From Balanoglossus misakiensis (lineage: Eukaryota; Animalia; Hemichordata): DNA of 64,000 nt. Of this stretch, positions 1 to 12,220 are shown one piece after another; the stretch's first letter is position 1, and each line of letters starts with the position of its first letter. The translations under genes and the position numbers were made by a program. The DNA lies in the NCBI GenBank assembly GCA_040954595.2, contig CM082581.2, forward strand, positions 10,291,099-10,355,098. Direction: 5' to 3'. A model generated the notes under the pieces. It did not search any database and was not told the DNA's origin. It saw only the letters and a program-made list of their open reading frames with translations.

Positions 1-522
1 TCCATCCAACTGGAGACCAGTCGATAACACACATTGAAAGTATTGTCGCACGTGAAGATGCGCACGTTTCTATTATATAGGGATATTACCACTGCCGTGG
101 ACGAGCCTATCGCACTTTATGGGTCCATGACCGGGCTCTTGTCACTTTCAGACTCAAAATTATTAATAATAGCAACTTTATCTAATCTGAGTTATGTGCG
201 CGTAAGCTAAGGGCGTAATATGGGTATGGCAGGTCGTAAATTGACATACATTCGAAGATTGGGGGGAGGTGCCGACTGTTTCTCACGCACACACGCCTGA
301 TAGACGAAGGAAGAAAAAATACCATTTCAGGAGGGCGTAGTTTTATATCAGCTTTTTGGTACATTTGTGCATGTGGTACTTCGTCGTAATATACCTTAAT
401 GATTTGATTATATTGTTGTTTACATAAATACATCATAATCGAAAGCCTAAAAAGTGTCTGTTTATCCTTCAAGAATACGTTTTCTCGCCCATTTAAGGCA
501 GTAAACGAACTTTGTTTTCCCC

Positions 523-566
523 GTGACGTCACACTAGACAACCATAAACAATCAGCAGCCATTTTG
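523..566 (+). promoter_or_regulatory. RAB28 proximal promoter: CRE/ATF palindrome and YY1 motif
   Basis: GTGACGTCAC perfect palindrome at 523-532 and GCCATTTTG (YY1 consensus) at 558-566, 100-140 nt upstream of the ATG. Confidence 0.6.
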
Positions 567-665
567 GATGTGTTGAATACCTTGTGAGGCTCAAAGTCAG
601 CCGATCAAGTCTTATAGGTGGGAGTACATCTGTATTCATTCGCGGTACATTAACTAACGGCCGAA

Positions 666-3600
666 ATGTCGGATTCGGAAGACGAAAATCCAGATCGCCA
701 GTTTAAAATAGTAATTATGGGTGATGGTGCGTCAGGAAAGGTGAGAACTGTTTTTCATCTATATTTTTCAGTAGTCGTGACGCCTGGCAAAACATTGATC
801 AACAGCTGATGGTTACCTGTCAGTACAGTGTGGGCATGGAGCTAGCTCTCTGTTGACATTGAACATCTAAGCGAGGGTGAATAATAGATACCGTTGTAAT
901 CGAAGGTGTTGGACAGTAGGAAGATCTCCTATAATACTACCCCACGATATTATCCTAGTAATGTGAGATACTAATTTCAATGTAATTGTGCTGAATCTCA
1001 TTTCAGACATCACTTGCTATGAGATATGCACAGGAACAGTTTGGTAAACAGTACAAGCAGACGGTGGGCTTAGATTTCTTTCTTAGGAGATTGGTATTAA
1101 CAGGTGAGTTAAATATTTATTCTGAAGGCCCCCCCCCAAAAAAAAAAAAAAATTGGGTCAGTCCTTGGGCTACTGTACTTGTGATTTTCATGATGTCCTG
1201 ATATAAGGAAATGATGTGAAATACTTGAGTCCTCAAGGTTATCCTTTATGAATAGGTGTGTAACCAAAAAGCGTGAGACGATCAGAAGTGTTGGACTATT
1301 AAAGTGTCAAAGAATGTGTCCATCACACAAAATTGAAAACTACAACCCCCTTCTTTCAACTAACCTTTGATATTTTGTTCTTCACAGGGAATACACATGT
1401 AACACTACAGGTCTGGGACATAGGAGGGCAAACGCTGGGAGGAAAAATGTTAGATAAATATATATTTGGAGCACATGTAAGTACAGGCAATGAATCATAC
1501 CTTGCTGATTTTAATCCAGTTACATCAATTTCAGCGGACATGTACATACACACGTAATTCAAATTTGCCAAACACTGAGGTGAGAAGGTGAGAGTGCACT
1601 CTCTTAAAGGTAGGATATGAGATTATCACCCGCAAGAAAGGTAGACTAACACGCCATGAAATTTTATATGGCTATGAAAGTTGGCTCATCAAGCTTGTTT
1701 GCAAGGCAAGACTTGTCAAAACAAGCTATCTTCAGCATGTGAGGGTGAACACGGTGAAATTTATTTGTGTCTGCTCCGAGCACTTCATGGCTGTGTTTGG
1801 AGAAAGATAATCCCAGTTGTCTGAGAGAACCGTTCTCCTGAGGAAAACTAAATGTACGCATTTGGTTTCCTTGGTTTCAAGTGCTGCCTGATACAGTTGT
1901 TTTGACACTATCACTTTGCAGACAGGTTTATATCCCTGATGCTTTTCATACATGCATAATGGTGACCTTCTGTTCGGAAAACAGGTAGATTGCTCTGTTT
2001 ATGCCATCAGCCATTCGCGGGTGCTTAAAGTGTATCAGCAGCAGACTGAGATAAAAAATCAGCCACTTCAGTCTCCAACATCTCGACAAACAGGAAACGC
2101 TGCGTTGTCAATGGGAGATTGATACACTTCCCATCTCTGTTGTCTTGATGCACTTCTAGGGATTTGTATCTCAAAATGGAATTTCTTGGAATATGCCGGG
2201 CTTGTTTCCCCACAAATCCCCGGAATGAAAAATCAATGCCTGCTGTCTTGCTTCTACACAACAAATTGCTCATTTTTTCCGTGAGAGAGGTCACACAAGG
2301 TGTCGGGCAAACATTTCTAACAGAATTCTTTTTCCCTGGTTTTCTTTTGTTTTCAGGCCATCCTTTTAGTATATGATGTTACAAATTATAATAGTTTTGA
2401 AAATTTAGAAGACTGGTTGGCTATTGTCAAGAAAGTATTTACAGATCAGGAAAAAATGCCACATCTAGCCCTCGTAGCTAACAAAAGTAAGTCAATCTCA
2501 TACGATTGTCATCATCATGCATTTGCGTATTTCATCCAAGATAAGGCTGTGCTCTCCTGTAGAAGGTTCAGATGTGAGCAGATGTAGATTGCTTGAACTG
2601 AATTCAATTAGATGACGCTCTAAATGGGAGTGGTGTTGATATATAACTGGCTGTGCATCTCGATCGGATCTATTTCAGTGGACTTGGAGCATATGCGAAC
2701 AGTCAAGCAGGAGAAGCATATGAAGTTTGCGCAAGAAAACAGCATGTCTACTCATTTTGTATCAGCCAAATCCGGGGATGCGGTGAGTTGTGTTCTTCTT
2801 TTCTATCATTACCCTGAAGAATAGAATATTCTGGGTGTTATGGTTTTGCATGATGTGATTCAGCAGTGGAGGGGTCAAGTTTCACCTCTCACTTTCGTAT
2901 GTTGTGCAGGAGTGAATTTTTTTGTATGAAGTGTAACTAGGGAGTAAGTTAGTTTCTTGGTGATTTTTTTAATCTTAGAGAGCGTATATTTGTGGCATGT
3001 TTTAGAAATGTAAATTACTAAATTGTTGTTTTGTTGTTTAAAATCACCAGGAGGAAAGACCTCAGTCGCAAAAACCGTCATTCTCCTTTTCCCGTCTTGC
3101 TTGTATCAACCCCTTACTTAAGGATATGGAAGCTTTTAAACACTTGACCTTTGCTATACCTGCAGTCACAACACTATGGAACTGTCCCCACTGATTTCCA
3201 TGTTTGGTCCATTCCATTCCTGCTGATATATGGGGTTAGAAGGGTTAATATCCACACAGAGCTCTGTATCAGTAAATCAAAAACTGTTCTCGCATTTTCT
3301 GCCTCCACTGGGAATAAAGAGTGAACATTCTTCATTTCTCGCAGGTGAATTTATGTTTTCAGAAGATAGCAGCAGACATCTGTGGAATCAAATTAACGAA
3401 GCCGGAAATCGAACAGACATCGGTAAGTAATGCACTTCAGTGTTTTATCGGGGATGTCATACATAATAAGGAGGGGGGGGGGGGGATTTGTATGGTTCCT
3501 CTTCTCACACCTTAGTGTCTGTCTGCCGCTGATATGTTTTCTCTTACCACTTTTTGTGTTATCGTTTTTTGTTGTTGCAGAGAGTGGTGAAAGCAGATAT

Positions 3601-3679
3601 TGTCCAATATAGCAATTCAGAACCAGTGAATCGATCAACTCCCTCACATACCAGAAGTTCCATGTGTAGTATACAGTAG
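666..3679 (+). CDS. RAB28: Ras-related protein Rab-28 (ciliary small GTPase), complete, 223 aa
   Basis: Exons 666-740, 1007-1103, 1388-1476, 2357-2486, 2679-2782, 3345-3422, 3581-3679; all GT-AG and phases join (672 nt). Translation [27 protein letters not shown]...[10 protein letters not shown]...[17 protein letters not shown]...ANKMDLEHMR...VSAKSGD...RVVKADIV...SSMCSIQ* has G1-G5 boxes, the Rab28-specific WDIGGQ, and a single CAAX (CSIQ). Confidence 0.97.
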
Positions 3680-4128
3680 CAGCATTTACAGGGCAAGAGA
3701 ATAGAGAGTGGAGAGAGAGAGAAAAGACGACCATTAGTAGAAAATTATCCACCTCCCTCACAAAACAATTGAATTTGGAGCAGTGTGAAAAATGCAGGAA
3801 GTCTCCTAAAAGCATGTACTGTCTCATGTTACAGAGGTGTTTACCACTGGACAGGAAGATTTTACATACTTACTATGAAAACCCAGATTGTTTGATGTGA
3901 GGAAAATGGTGTGTTCCACTCTTGCTAAGGACTGCAATATTCTAATGTAAAGATTCATTTATTTGTACAGATATATTGTAACTCATTTGGAAACCCTTTG
4001 TGGCTGTGTTGTCTGTCTGTGCAGACCGAGTAACCAAGATTTTGTTTCTGTTCATTGTTTTTCTACTTGTTTTCTTCGAGGCTGTTGCAAAAAATGCCCA
4101 AGGGTATCATAATTATATGCTGAGTTGG

Positions 4129-4516
4129 AATAAAGTGTGATATTTTTGTAATAGTTTTAACCTTCCATACACTTGTATAATGAACTGCTTTCTCAGTAAA
4201 AATGTTTACGTGAAACTCTCTCAACACGTGACTAGATAATAAGAAAGCCTTAATTCATTTAGATCAAGTTACTTACCCATGTAAAGATCTAAATTCTCTT
4301 TCAGTATCAGATGTACAGACCAAAGAGGACAGTAGGGATTGTATTAGTGGAAATCTAGTCTGCTGTAAAATACAAACGTTCCCTCATGTTTTAGATTGAT
4401 TTCACAAAGACGCTTGTTATTCTCGTGTCAAGTGTTTGACATGCCATAATGAGCTTTTGAGGTTATTTGTTGTTTATAAAAGATTTATCGTTAAATATCA
4501 ATCAGGATGAAATAAA
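4129..4516 (+). terminator. Candidate RAB28 polyadenylation signals
   Basis: AATAAA at 4129-4134 and 4511-4516 downstream of the stop at 3679; which is used cannot be determined from sequence. Confidence 0.4.
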
Positions 4517-5426
4517 CAGTATCGTTACTGACAAACCCAGTTTTTTGCATCATGGAAGCCACAGCCCATCACCTTGACTTTCACATCAAAAGAAATCAGC
4601 AACCCGAGTGATTGAGAATCTAGTTCTGTATGTGAAGGTGTTTTAGCGGGTTTTCTTACTTCGTCCAAAGTAATGAGAACTTGAGGAAAGTGTTTTTTAC
4701 ACACAGTTTCATAGTTACAACAGGTATGTGATAGGGTTAGCAATGAAATAGCTGCCATGATATATATCTTGTGTTTGTATCCTTAGAATGTTGCATGTCA
4801 GACCTTGTCATATTTTTGTAAATAATTTTATGTACTTTGCATTTCTGTCTTTTTTTCATGTGTAGATGTGTCAGTATTGTAATAACAGCTGTCATAATTA
4901 GTGTACGTTGGGTTGACAATATAGTCAGCTGCTGAAATGACTTGTTTATTCAGAAGTGAATCATTTTAAATGTACATGTAAATCTTTGTTGTACTCGAAA
5001 GTACAGATGACTGTGACCCACTATTGTAATACTATTAAATTAAAACGAAATCTTTGAATATGATCGAGTAATGTGTTGTGTGACAACATTCTCCCCTAGA
5101 TTTGCATCATGAATTGTCTTTATTAAAAAAGCATGTCTATTTCCATAAAACTTCGATTCCCGGGGTGTGCATAAAACAAAAGTTTACAGCAGATGGGTGT
5201 TAGAGGGCGCATGCCAAACGACTGTATATTTAATTTGAATATTCATGAGGGCTTGTGTCGTCTGCTGCATAGGACATGTGCCTACGTGCAGTGCAGTTTT
5301 TATTTCTCCTGCAGGCAAACAAGCTGGCTATTTTCTACTTTGTGTGTATCGCTCCTGGATACGTAGGTACCAAGGAACAAAATAGAATTCGGATTAAATA
5401 TCCCTGGACGCGCGCTTGGCAATTAT

Positions 5427-6111
5427 TTCTGGGAATAATCTCAAGTAATGGAAGATGTGGCCGAAGATTTCGTATTAGCCATTTTGAAGGAGGTATATCC
5501 TGCTCCCACTTCATTCGCTTTGGTGGAAACACAAAGCTATTAGAACGTCAGTCAGCTAACATGACTAGGAAATATAGGGAATGTGTGGAACAGTCAACTG
5601 CTCTTACTTTCTGGAACTTTGACTGGAACCAAGAGGAAATACGCAGACTGTGTGTGTGTGTGTATAACTGCGTTGGAAAGTTTGTTGACTCTTTAATGAC
5701 TTTATGAAATGGACACGGAGCCCAATGTTCAACTAAAGGTAAGTTATACAAACGTAGTATATTGACAACTTCTGGGAATAATCTCAAGTTATGGAAGATG
5801 TGGCCGAAGATTTCGGATTAGCCATTTTGAAGGAGGTACATCCTGCTGCAACTTTATTCGCTTTGGTAGAAGCACAAAGCTATTAGAATGTCAGTCAGCT
5901 AACATCACTAGGAAATATAGGGAATGTGTGGAACAGTCAATTGCTCTTGTTTTCTGGAACTTTGACTGGAGAGGAACGAGACAAGAGGAAATACGCAGAC
6001 TGTGTGTGTGTGTGTATCACAACTGCGTTGGAAAATTTGCTGACTCTTTATGAAATGGACTTGGAGCTGAATGTTCAACTAAAGGTAAGTTATACAAACG
6101 TAGTATATTGA
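5427..6111. repeat. Tandem duplication, 2 x ~343 bp, intergenic between convergent RAB28 and SRP72
   Basis: Copy 1 5427-5765 and copy 2 5770-6111; both start TTCTGGGAATAATCTCAAG and end AAAGGTAAGTTATACAAACGTAGTATATTGA. Scattered substitutions, small indels and an internal (TG)n run. Confidence 0.95.
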
Positions 6112-6424
6112 GAAAGTTGCAGATCCCTTGCCACATCAATGCACTTGTATTTAATCTTTCTGCCCATCGCCAATTTTACTCCTACTCAAGCCAATCTTCT
6201 GATAACCTATTCTCTCAGAACTGCATAAGGTCATAGCCAGTCTTTATTTAACCGGGGCATGTTTCATATTGTGTGTGCATTTCATGGTCAGATCACAGCC
6301 CTTAATTAGAGGTGTATCAACAGATTGATATAATGTGCTGTGACTTCAAAGATCTTGGTGTAATGAGGGCACCCCTCAGAGGAAATAAGGAGAATTGAAA
6401 ACTCATGTAAATTCAGTGAATAAT

Positions 6425-6430
6425 TTTATT
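6425..6430 (-). terminator. SRP72 polyadenylation signal
   Basis: AATAAA on the minus strand about 130 nt after the TAA at 6559. Confidence 0.6.
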
Positions 6431-6558
6431 CCTGCTTTGCTTAAAACAAATCTCTACATCATTTTCAAAATCTGAAATTGATGGAAATGATGTTGCATGT
6501 CCACTTTCCAACCACTGGTTGTAATCAATTCAGTGATGATCCCCAGTGCTTCATTCCA

Positions 6559-9500
6559 TTACCAGTTGCCTCCCTTCTTCTTTTTGGGTTTCTTTCTGGC
6601 AGCAGCGGCTGACTTCTGTCTTGGCCCAGGCTGACTGCTTGGAGGGGCAGCAGCTGCGGGCACCGATCCCGCCCTTGGTGAGCTAGGGGTGCTTGATGGT
6701 TTACTGGCATCCCTAGGTATGGACAAAAAAATAGTTGTTGGCGATCTTCATAAACAGGAAAGACAAGCACCCATTTACCCTCTCTCATGTCCCCTAATTG
6801 ATCTTTCAAACACAACTGGCAACAACTTACAGTTCTGCCATGGCAGACGATGAGGCTCCCTGTGTTCCTTTCCCAACACCGGCTTTCTTATCCTTCTTTC
6901 TGCCTTTGTAGTATGTCCTCTCTCGCTTCGGAAGCCATCTTTCTGGATCGGGATCATTGTTGGCATCATAACTTTTTGGTAGTTTACCTGAAGAGTGGAC
7001 ATTGAACAATCCATGAATAAATGCAAGGTTTTGTGACATTCAGAGTTGCCATTCAGAATCGAGCGCAGTGTTATCCAACAAGACCTAAGCTATATGAATC
7101 ATATAGCAAGAAAGATGTACCCTTCAGTAAAAATAGCAAATGGGACCTAAAGATGGAACAAACCTCTTCTCTTCTTCTTTTTCTTCTTCTGTATCAGGTC
7201 AACATGAGGTTTCTTTTCTGTTGTCTCTGGCTTCTCTGGTTTTGCTGCTTTTTTCAAGTATTTGCTACCAAACAAATAGGGCGAGTTCTCCAACTTTTCC
7301 AGGTCTAAGTCTTCTGAGGATTCAGCCACTGATGGCAGCTCTTCACTCAATCTATCATCTGGTTGAGGAACACACCCCAAGTGAAACATTGTAAATGATG
7401 TTAAACAAGTTATTTTGTCTCAGCACTGTATAGCAAAATCATCTCAAATCTCAAGTTGTGAAGCGCACATGCGCAATCTGTAATGACCAGTCTAAAATTA
7501 ACGTATTCATACAACAATGGTCATGGGTACACAGGTCTGTATTGAATTTTTATGCAATGAATCAATCATGCTCAAACATTGCCCCATGACCTTCAACTTC
7601 AAAGGATACTCTTCTGCTTTGCTGGGGTTGAACTTGGCATAGGCTGATATCAGCTGAGCTAGAGTACGCATGTCATCTGGGTTGGCACTGTAATAAAGTA
7701 TATGAGATCATTATACATGTGGTGTGTGATAAATTACAGCAATATAATGTCCAGTACAGTACAAATACATGGTGCAATGGCATCAATTATTGAATGCACA
7801 TAGTATACTATGACTGGTTGTGACTGCCCCATAAATTTACTGAGACAGACTAAACTGGTTAACAATTCAAATTAAACATGGTTGATTCTAACAAACATGA
7901 CTCTTCATATAAAAAGCCAGACTGATTAAGAAACTGATATTAACACTTACTTCCGCAAGTCTTCAAGCATATCTATGGCCTCTTTAGATCTGCCGCGCTT
8001 AAGTTTAAAATCTGCATTCTCCTTCAATAGCACATGATGGATCTTCTCTGATATCTGAAGGGGGAATAAAAAATATACAAAGTCGAGATTGTTCAAGCTA
8101 TGCTCTGGTGTCTATAAAAGTAACTGATTCATTGATATAAGGATCAAGTCGTGTATGGTCTTCTGTGATGTATGGTGTCTTTGGCAGTGAGGACTCACAT
8201 TATTGTCTCTGTGGTATTTTACTGCACTATCCAGGATTTCGATTGCTGTGTCTACGTCTTCCAGGCTGACACACAGACACACCAGTGCAGACACCATTCC
8301 AGGCTGGTGCTGCAGCTCTTCTATGGAAGTTAACGTTTCAAAGGCATGGCCAATGTTACCTGGTAAAGACAACACGTTGAGGCAATGTTACAGCTGATAT
8401 GATTGGACAGTGTACCAAAGCGAACCAGTCGAGATGGTGTTACAGTAAACATGATTGGCTAATGTTGATCAATCAAGAAAATGTTTTATGACACGACATC
8501 ACTGTGTTTCATCTTTCAACAAATGAGATCTCATTTGATGTCTATACTTTGCATATCATTTACTGTAACTTAAATGGGGTTTACCTTGTGATAGATGGAG
8601 TTGTGCCAAGGTCAGTCTTGCTGTTATAGAAGGATCAGACTGCTCATCTACATATTTCTGTGACAGAACAACAGAATTGGATTCAAATATATGATGCTTA
8701 GTTCTTGAAAGAGCAAAGCAATATTTCATTGATACATAGGATGCCTGTTTTCAGAAATACAATGGCTTTAGTGAAATTTGCTGAAAATAATCTGACTCAC
8801 CTGTAACTGTTGTATAGCTTTGTTGACATGTTTTTCCCTACATAATTGTGCTGTTTCTATGAGATATGGCAGATCTCTATTTGGATATTTTGACTGTAAG
8901 GTCTTCACCAGCTTTTTAAGAGCTTCACCCTGATCATTATCATGGAGGAAAATAGTTGAAATACATGTGCGATGTATTAGTTGTCTAAGTCAGAATATAA
9001 AAGGACATAGGCATCGAAAAGAACAGCCATATGAATTGCTTGTAACCATGCTTGAAGTTTTCAGACTTCCCTTTTTGTGATCAGGATGACAACAGGAATT
9101 ATCAATCCATCTGATAGAGAAAAGGGTAGAGGCAGCCTACCTGATTTGAATACATGAGTAGAAGACATCTGTTAAATTCTATGACTGTCCGTTGGTCACC
9201 TGTCAATTTGTGTTCCAACCCATCAGCAGTTGCTGCTTTGATTTTCTTCTTTGAATCAAACACATTTTGTTCCTGGAAAGTGAAAAGTTATATTACGTGA
9301 ATCTCTGATCTTAGATCAAATGTAATTTAGTTTGCCTTTTCAGCTGAATAAGGTCATCAACATACCTTGTTGAGTGTTATGATGTTATTACACGTGACTG
9401 CCATAAGACCAGCATCTGAAGGTCTGCAATGGAAGACAGAGACAATCATTTAGTCATCCACATATTCGGATTAAACTCATTTCCAAAACTTTACTGTTGA

Positions 9501-11200
9501 TGTTTTTACCTAATTATTACCTTGATTTAAAAACATGATTGTAAATTTTCAAGGCCTCTTCATTTTTCCCTTGTAACTGTAACACATAGGCTAACTGAAC
9601 TTGAATGACGGCCACTTCTGACTCAATATCTTCTTCTGTCATATCGGGGTCATCTTCAAAACTTTCCCGACAGAGTCTTTCGGCTTCTTTCAGTTTCTTC
9701 CCAGCTTCTTCAATCTGTCCTTTACCAACCAGCAAGCAGGCCTTGTTGTAGCACAGTTCAAAGGTGTCTTCACCCAGACCATGGTCCTCCTGTCAAGTCA
9801 GAATCAACATTACGGTCAAAAATGACACACTTATCAACTTTGCTTTCCACTGTGACACTAGTACTACAATATGGGTGTTTCCATCAGCTAATTTTGTCCA
9901 TGATTGAATGCGGTACAAGCCCCCTTACCATCTCAGTGTCTCCCCACATCTGAGCAGCTGCAATCACAGCCGACAGGTTGGTTTGTCTCTCCTCTTCGTA
10001 GTCATCAGAGGTGTTCTTGATAACATCACGATAGACAGCCACACAGTCTTCGTACTTCTCTAGTCTGTACAACTTCAGAGAAAAATCAAGACAAAGCTCA
10101 TCATTCATTAGATGCTATTTTGTTCTGCAATCACACCCATTTTATTCCAACTCTTGCTGATTTTTAAGCCGTTGTGTACCTTTACAATATGCGGTATCAT
10201 GTATTCAAGCTTATCACTTACTGTGATTCAAGATAGTATCTAGTACTCACCACCTGTCCAAGTAGCTCTTTCACTCTAATGTCTGGTTCTGGCACTGTTT
10301 TGATGGTGGCCAGAGCTTGTTCCACTTGATTTAAACGGTACTGGCAGTACGCTTTCTCAAATACTAGATCACTGAGACGGAAAAAATACAAAGACTAAAT
10401 AGTTAGCTATTTTATACACAGATCTATGCATTTAATATAATTGGTGCTGATTTCTCTAAATGTTCAAGTCCCAGCAAAATATGTATTTGATTTTATCACC
10501 TATTCGATCACTTCAGCGTAACATTTTTTGTATAATTGTTCCACCCTTGAAGGACTTTTAAGTAAGCTGATGGAATTGTTGATGTAGACTAAAAAGGTCG
10601 AACTTACCTAGCCAATTTCTGATTATCATTTAGAGTTCTGAGAGCCTGTTTGAAATCAGACTGTTGTATTAAGCACACAACTTTACACTGGAAGGCTTTC
10701 AAGTCTCCAGGTGCTTCCTTTAGAACTGAAAGAAAGGCAAATGGAGACAAAATATTAACCACCACCACCGAATGTGTGACATGATGATGTACATATGCTA
10801 AGCTAACATATGGAACTGTGGTAGATTGTGACGGATCGCTGGTTAACGATCATTTTGATGTTGATGCGTGGGTTTGGCTTGGATCTGTCAATTACCGGTA
10901 CTTTCAAGGTGTGGATTCAAACTGATGAGCTAATGATAGATTTAGAAGCCATTGGACAATAATTTTGGTGCAACCATCAATCATCCAATGAATCAATGAT
11001 CCACTGTTGTTCCACGTGTACCATAGAATACCGGATAAAATAGTCAAGGCAGAATAAATTTCGAATCTGATAACATAGACATTATGATTTGTGTACTTAC
11101 TTTTGTTTGCAAGCTTTACACCTTTGGCATAGTCTCCGTTTTGGCCACAACTGTTCAAAGCTGTGAACAACGAAGATAAGTTTACTTCACCAGACGCCAT
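6559..11200 (-). CDS. SRP72: Signal recognition particle subunit SRP72, complete, 661 aa
   Basis: Exons (plus coordinates) 11101-11200, 10608-10725, 10251-10371, 9929-10072, 9521-9789, 9366-9423, 9141-9272, 8801-8929, 8585-8657, 8199-8359, 7951-8054, 7610-7687, 7164-7351, 6831-6987, 6559-6712; total 1986 nt with consistent phases. Motifs: FEKAYCQYRLN, ER.TNLSAV, ELCYNKAC (TPR region), KKKKKKRRGKLPK..PDPERWLPKRER (SRP RNA-binding), GKGTQG, AELD/A caspase-type site, C-terminal KKKKGGNW. Confidence 0.97.
7352..7609 (-). other. U12-type (minor spliceosome) GT-AG intron in SRP72
   Basis: 5' splice site GTATCCTTT (plus 7601-7609); branch TTCCTCAAC (plus 7362-7370) ending about 10 nt before the terminal TAG; no polypyrimidine tract; phase 2 join GA|A gives KAEE-LSEELPS in frame. 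Confidence 0.9.
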
Positions 11201-11219
11201 CTTGTTTGACCCGGAAGTG
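11196..11219 (-). promoter_or_regulatory. SRP72 core promoter: YY1 motif over the ATG and ETS/GABP site
   Basis: CAAGATGGCG (YY1) spans the start codon; CCGGAAGTG at 11211-11219. Typical TATA-less housekeeping architecture. Confidence 0.65.
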
Positions 11220-11412
11220 ATTTACCATTTAATACCTCCCGAGGGCGCACATCATTTTGGCAAGCAGCTGACAATTTGTCATTCCATTGATGGTTCTCCT
11301 GAACCTTTATCACCACAGAAAACTTTCTGTCTTGATCTCAAAAAGTATATGACATACCATTTGTAAGTTTAGCCATAACAAAACATATCACAGACAACTT
11401 TGGTGATGTAAT

Positions 11413-11418
11413 TTTATT
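11413..11418 (-). terminator. Candidate MAP9-like polyadenylation signal
   Basis: AATAAA on the minus strand at the end of an AT-rich 3' UTR; an alternative is at 11841-11846. Confidence 0.45.
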
Positions 11419-12220
11419 CTTGAGTCTAACCCTTCCACTTGTGTAGAATGCTACATATATTATATTGCAAAATTTACAAATAATAGATGGCTGACATTTA
11501 AAAATCAAGTCAATAATTTCATTAAATCATAATTCAAAAGGTGTTGCTACAGATAAAGGCTGACATCATATTCCCTACATGAAAACATGATGGGATAAAA
11601 AAATCAAATATACAAATATTTTTGCTTTACTGCAAGTGTGTGGTGAATATGTATGTGCAACATGCTAATTGCTATAACAACAATAAAGAAGTCTATACAT
11701 GTTAAGTGTTTTACTTTTAGAAAATATAACTTTTTACAGTTTTCAATATTATATTTCACTTTTCATAAAAACATTTCGCCATACTTCCATCCACATTGGA
11801 GAGAAAAGTAATACATGTAATAAGTGAGAAAATTCAATTATTTATTTACAGTCATAGCTTAGGATCTAGGTAAATCTGTTTTTCACTAAAGCTTTTACCA
11901 TTAAATATACCTAACAGCAGCATTTTACCTCTTTAAAAATAGAAAGACTTGTTCATATTAAGTTTAAGAATTAGGGCCAGGACACAGTTCAAGACCATTT
12001 CTCCTGGATAAAAGGCACCTCAATAAAATTCTTTGTTTGCCATCTGCTTGCAGGTAGTTTTTAGGACAAACACAAGGATAATCATAAACGAATTGTATCT
12101 GTTTTCCATACCCTGACCCAACGCATGTTGTCTTGTCTCTGTGTGTTATATTTACCACGCAGACAGTCCAGTTCAGGGAAATTTAGGGATGGCATGTCAA
12201 GAATTTTACCAGTGAGGGTG

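Noticed and set aside
182-562. 126-aa minus-strand ORF starting in the RAB28 promoter
   Set aside because: Its ATG is the YY1 motif, it crosses the CRE site and it has no recognisable homology.
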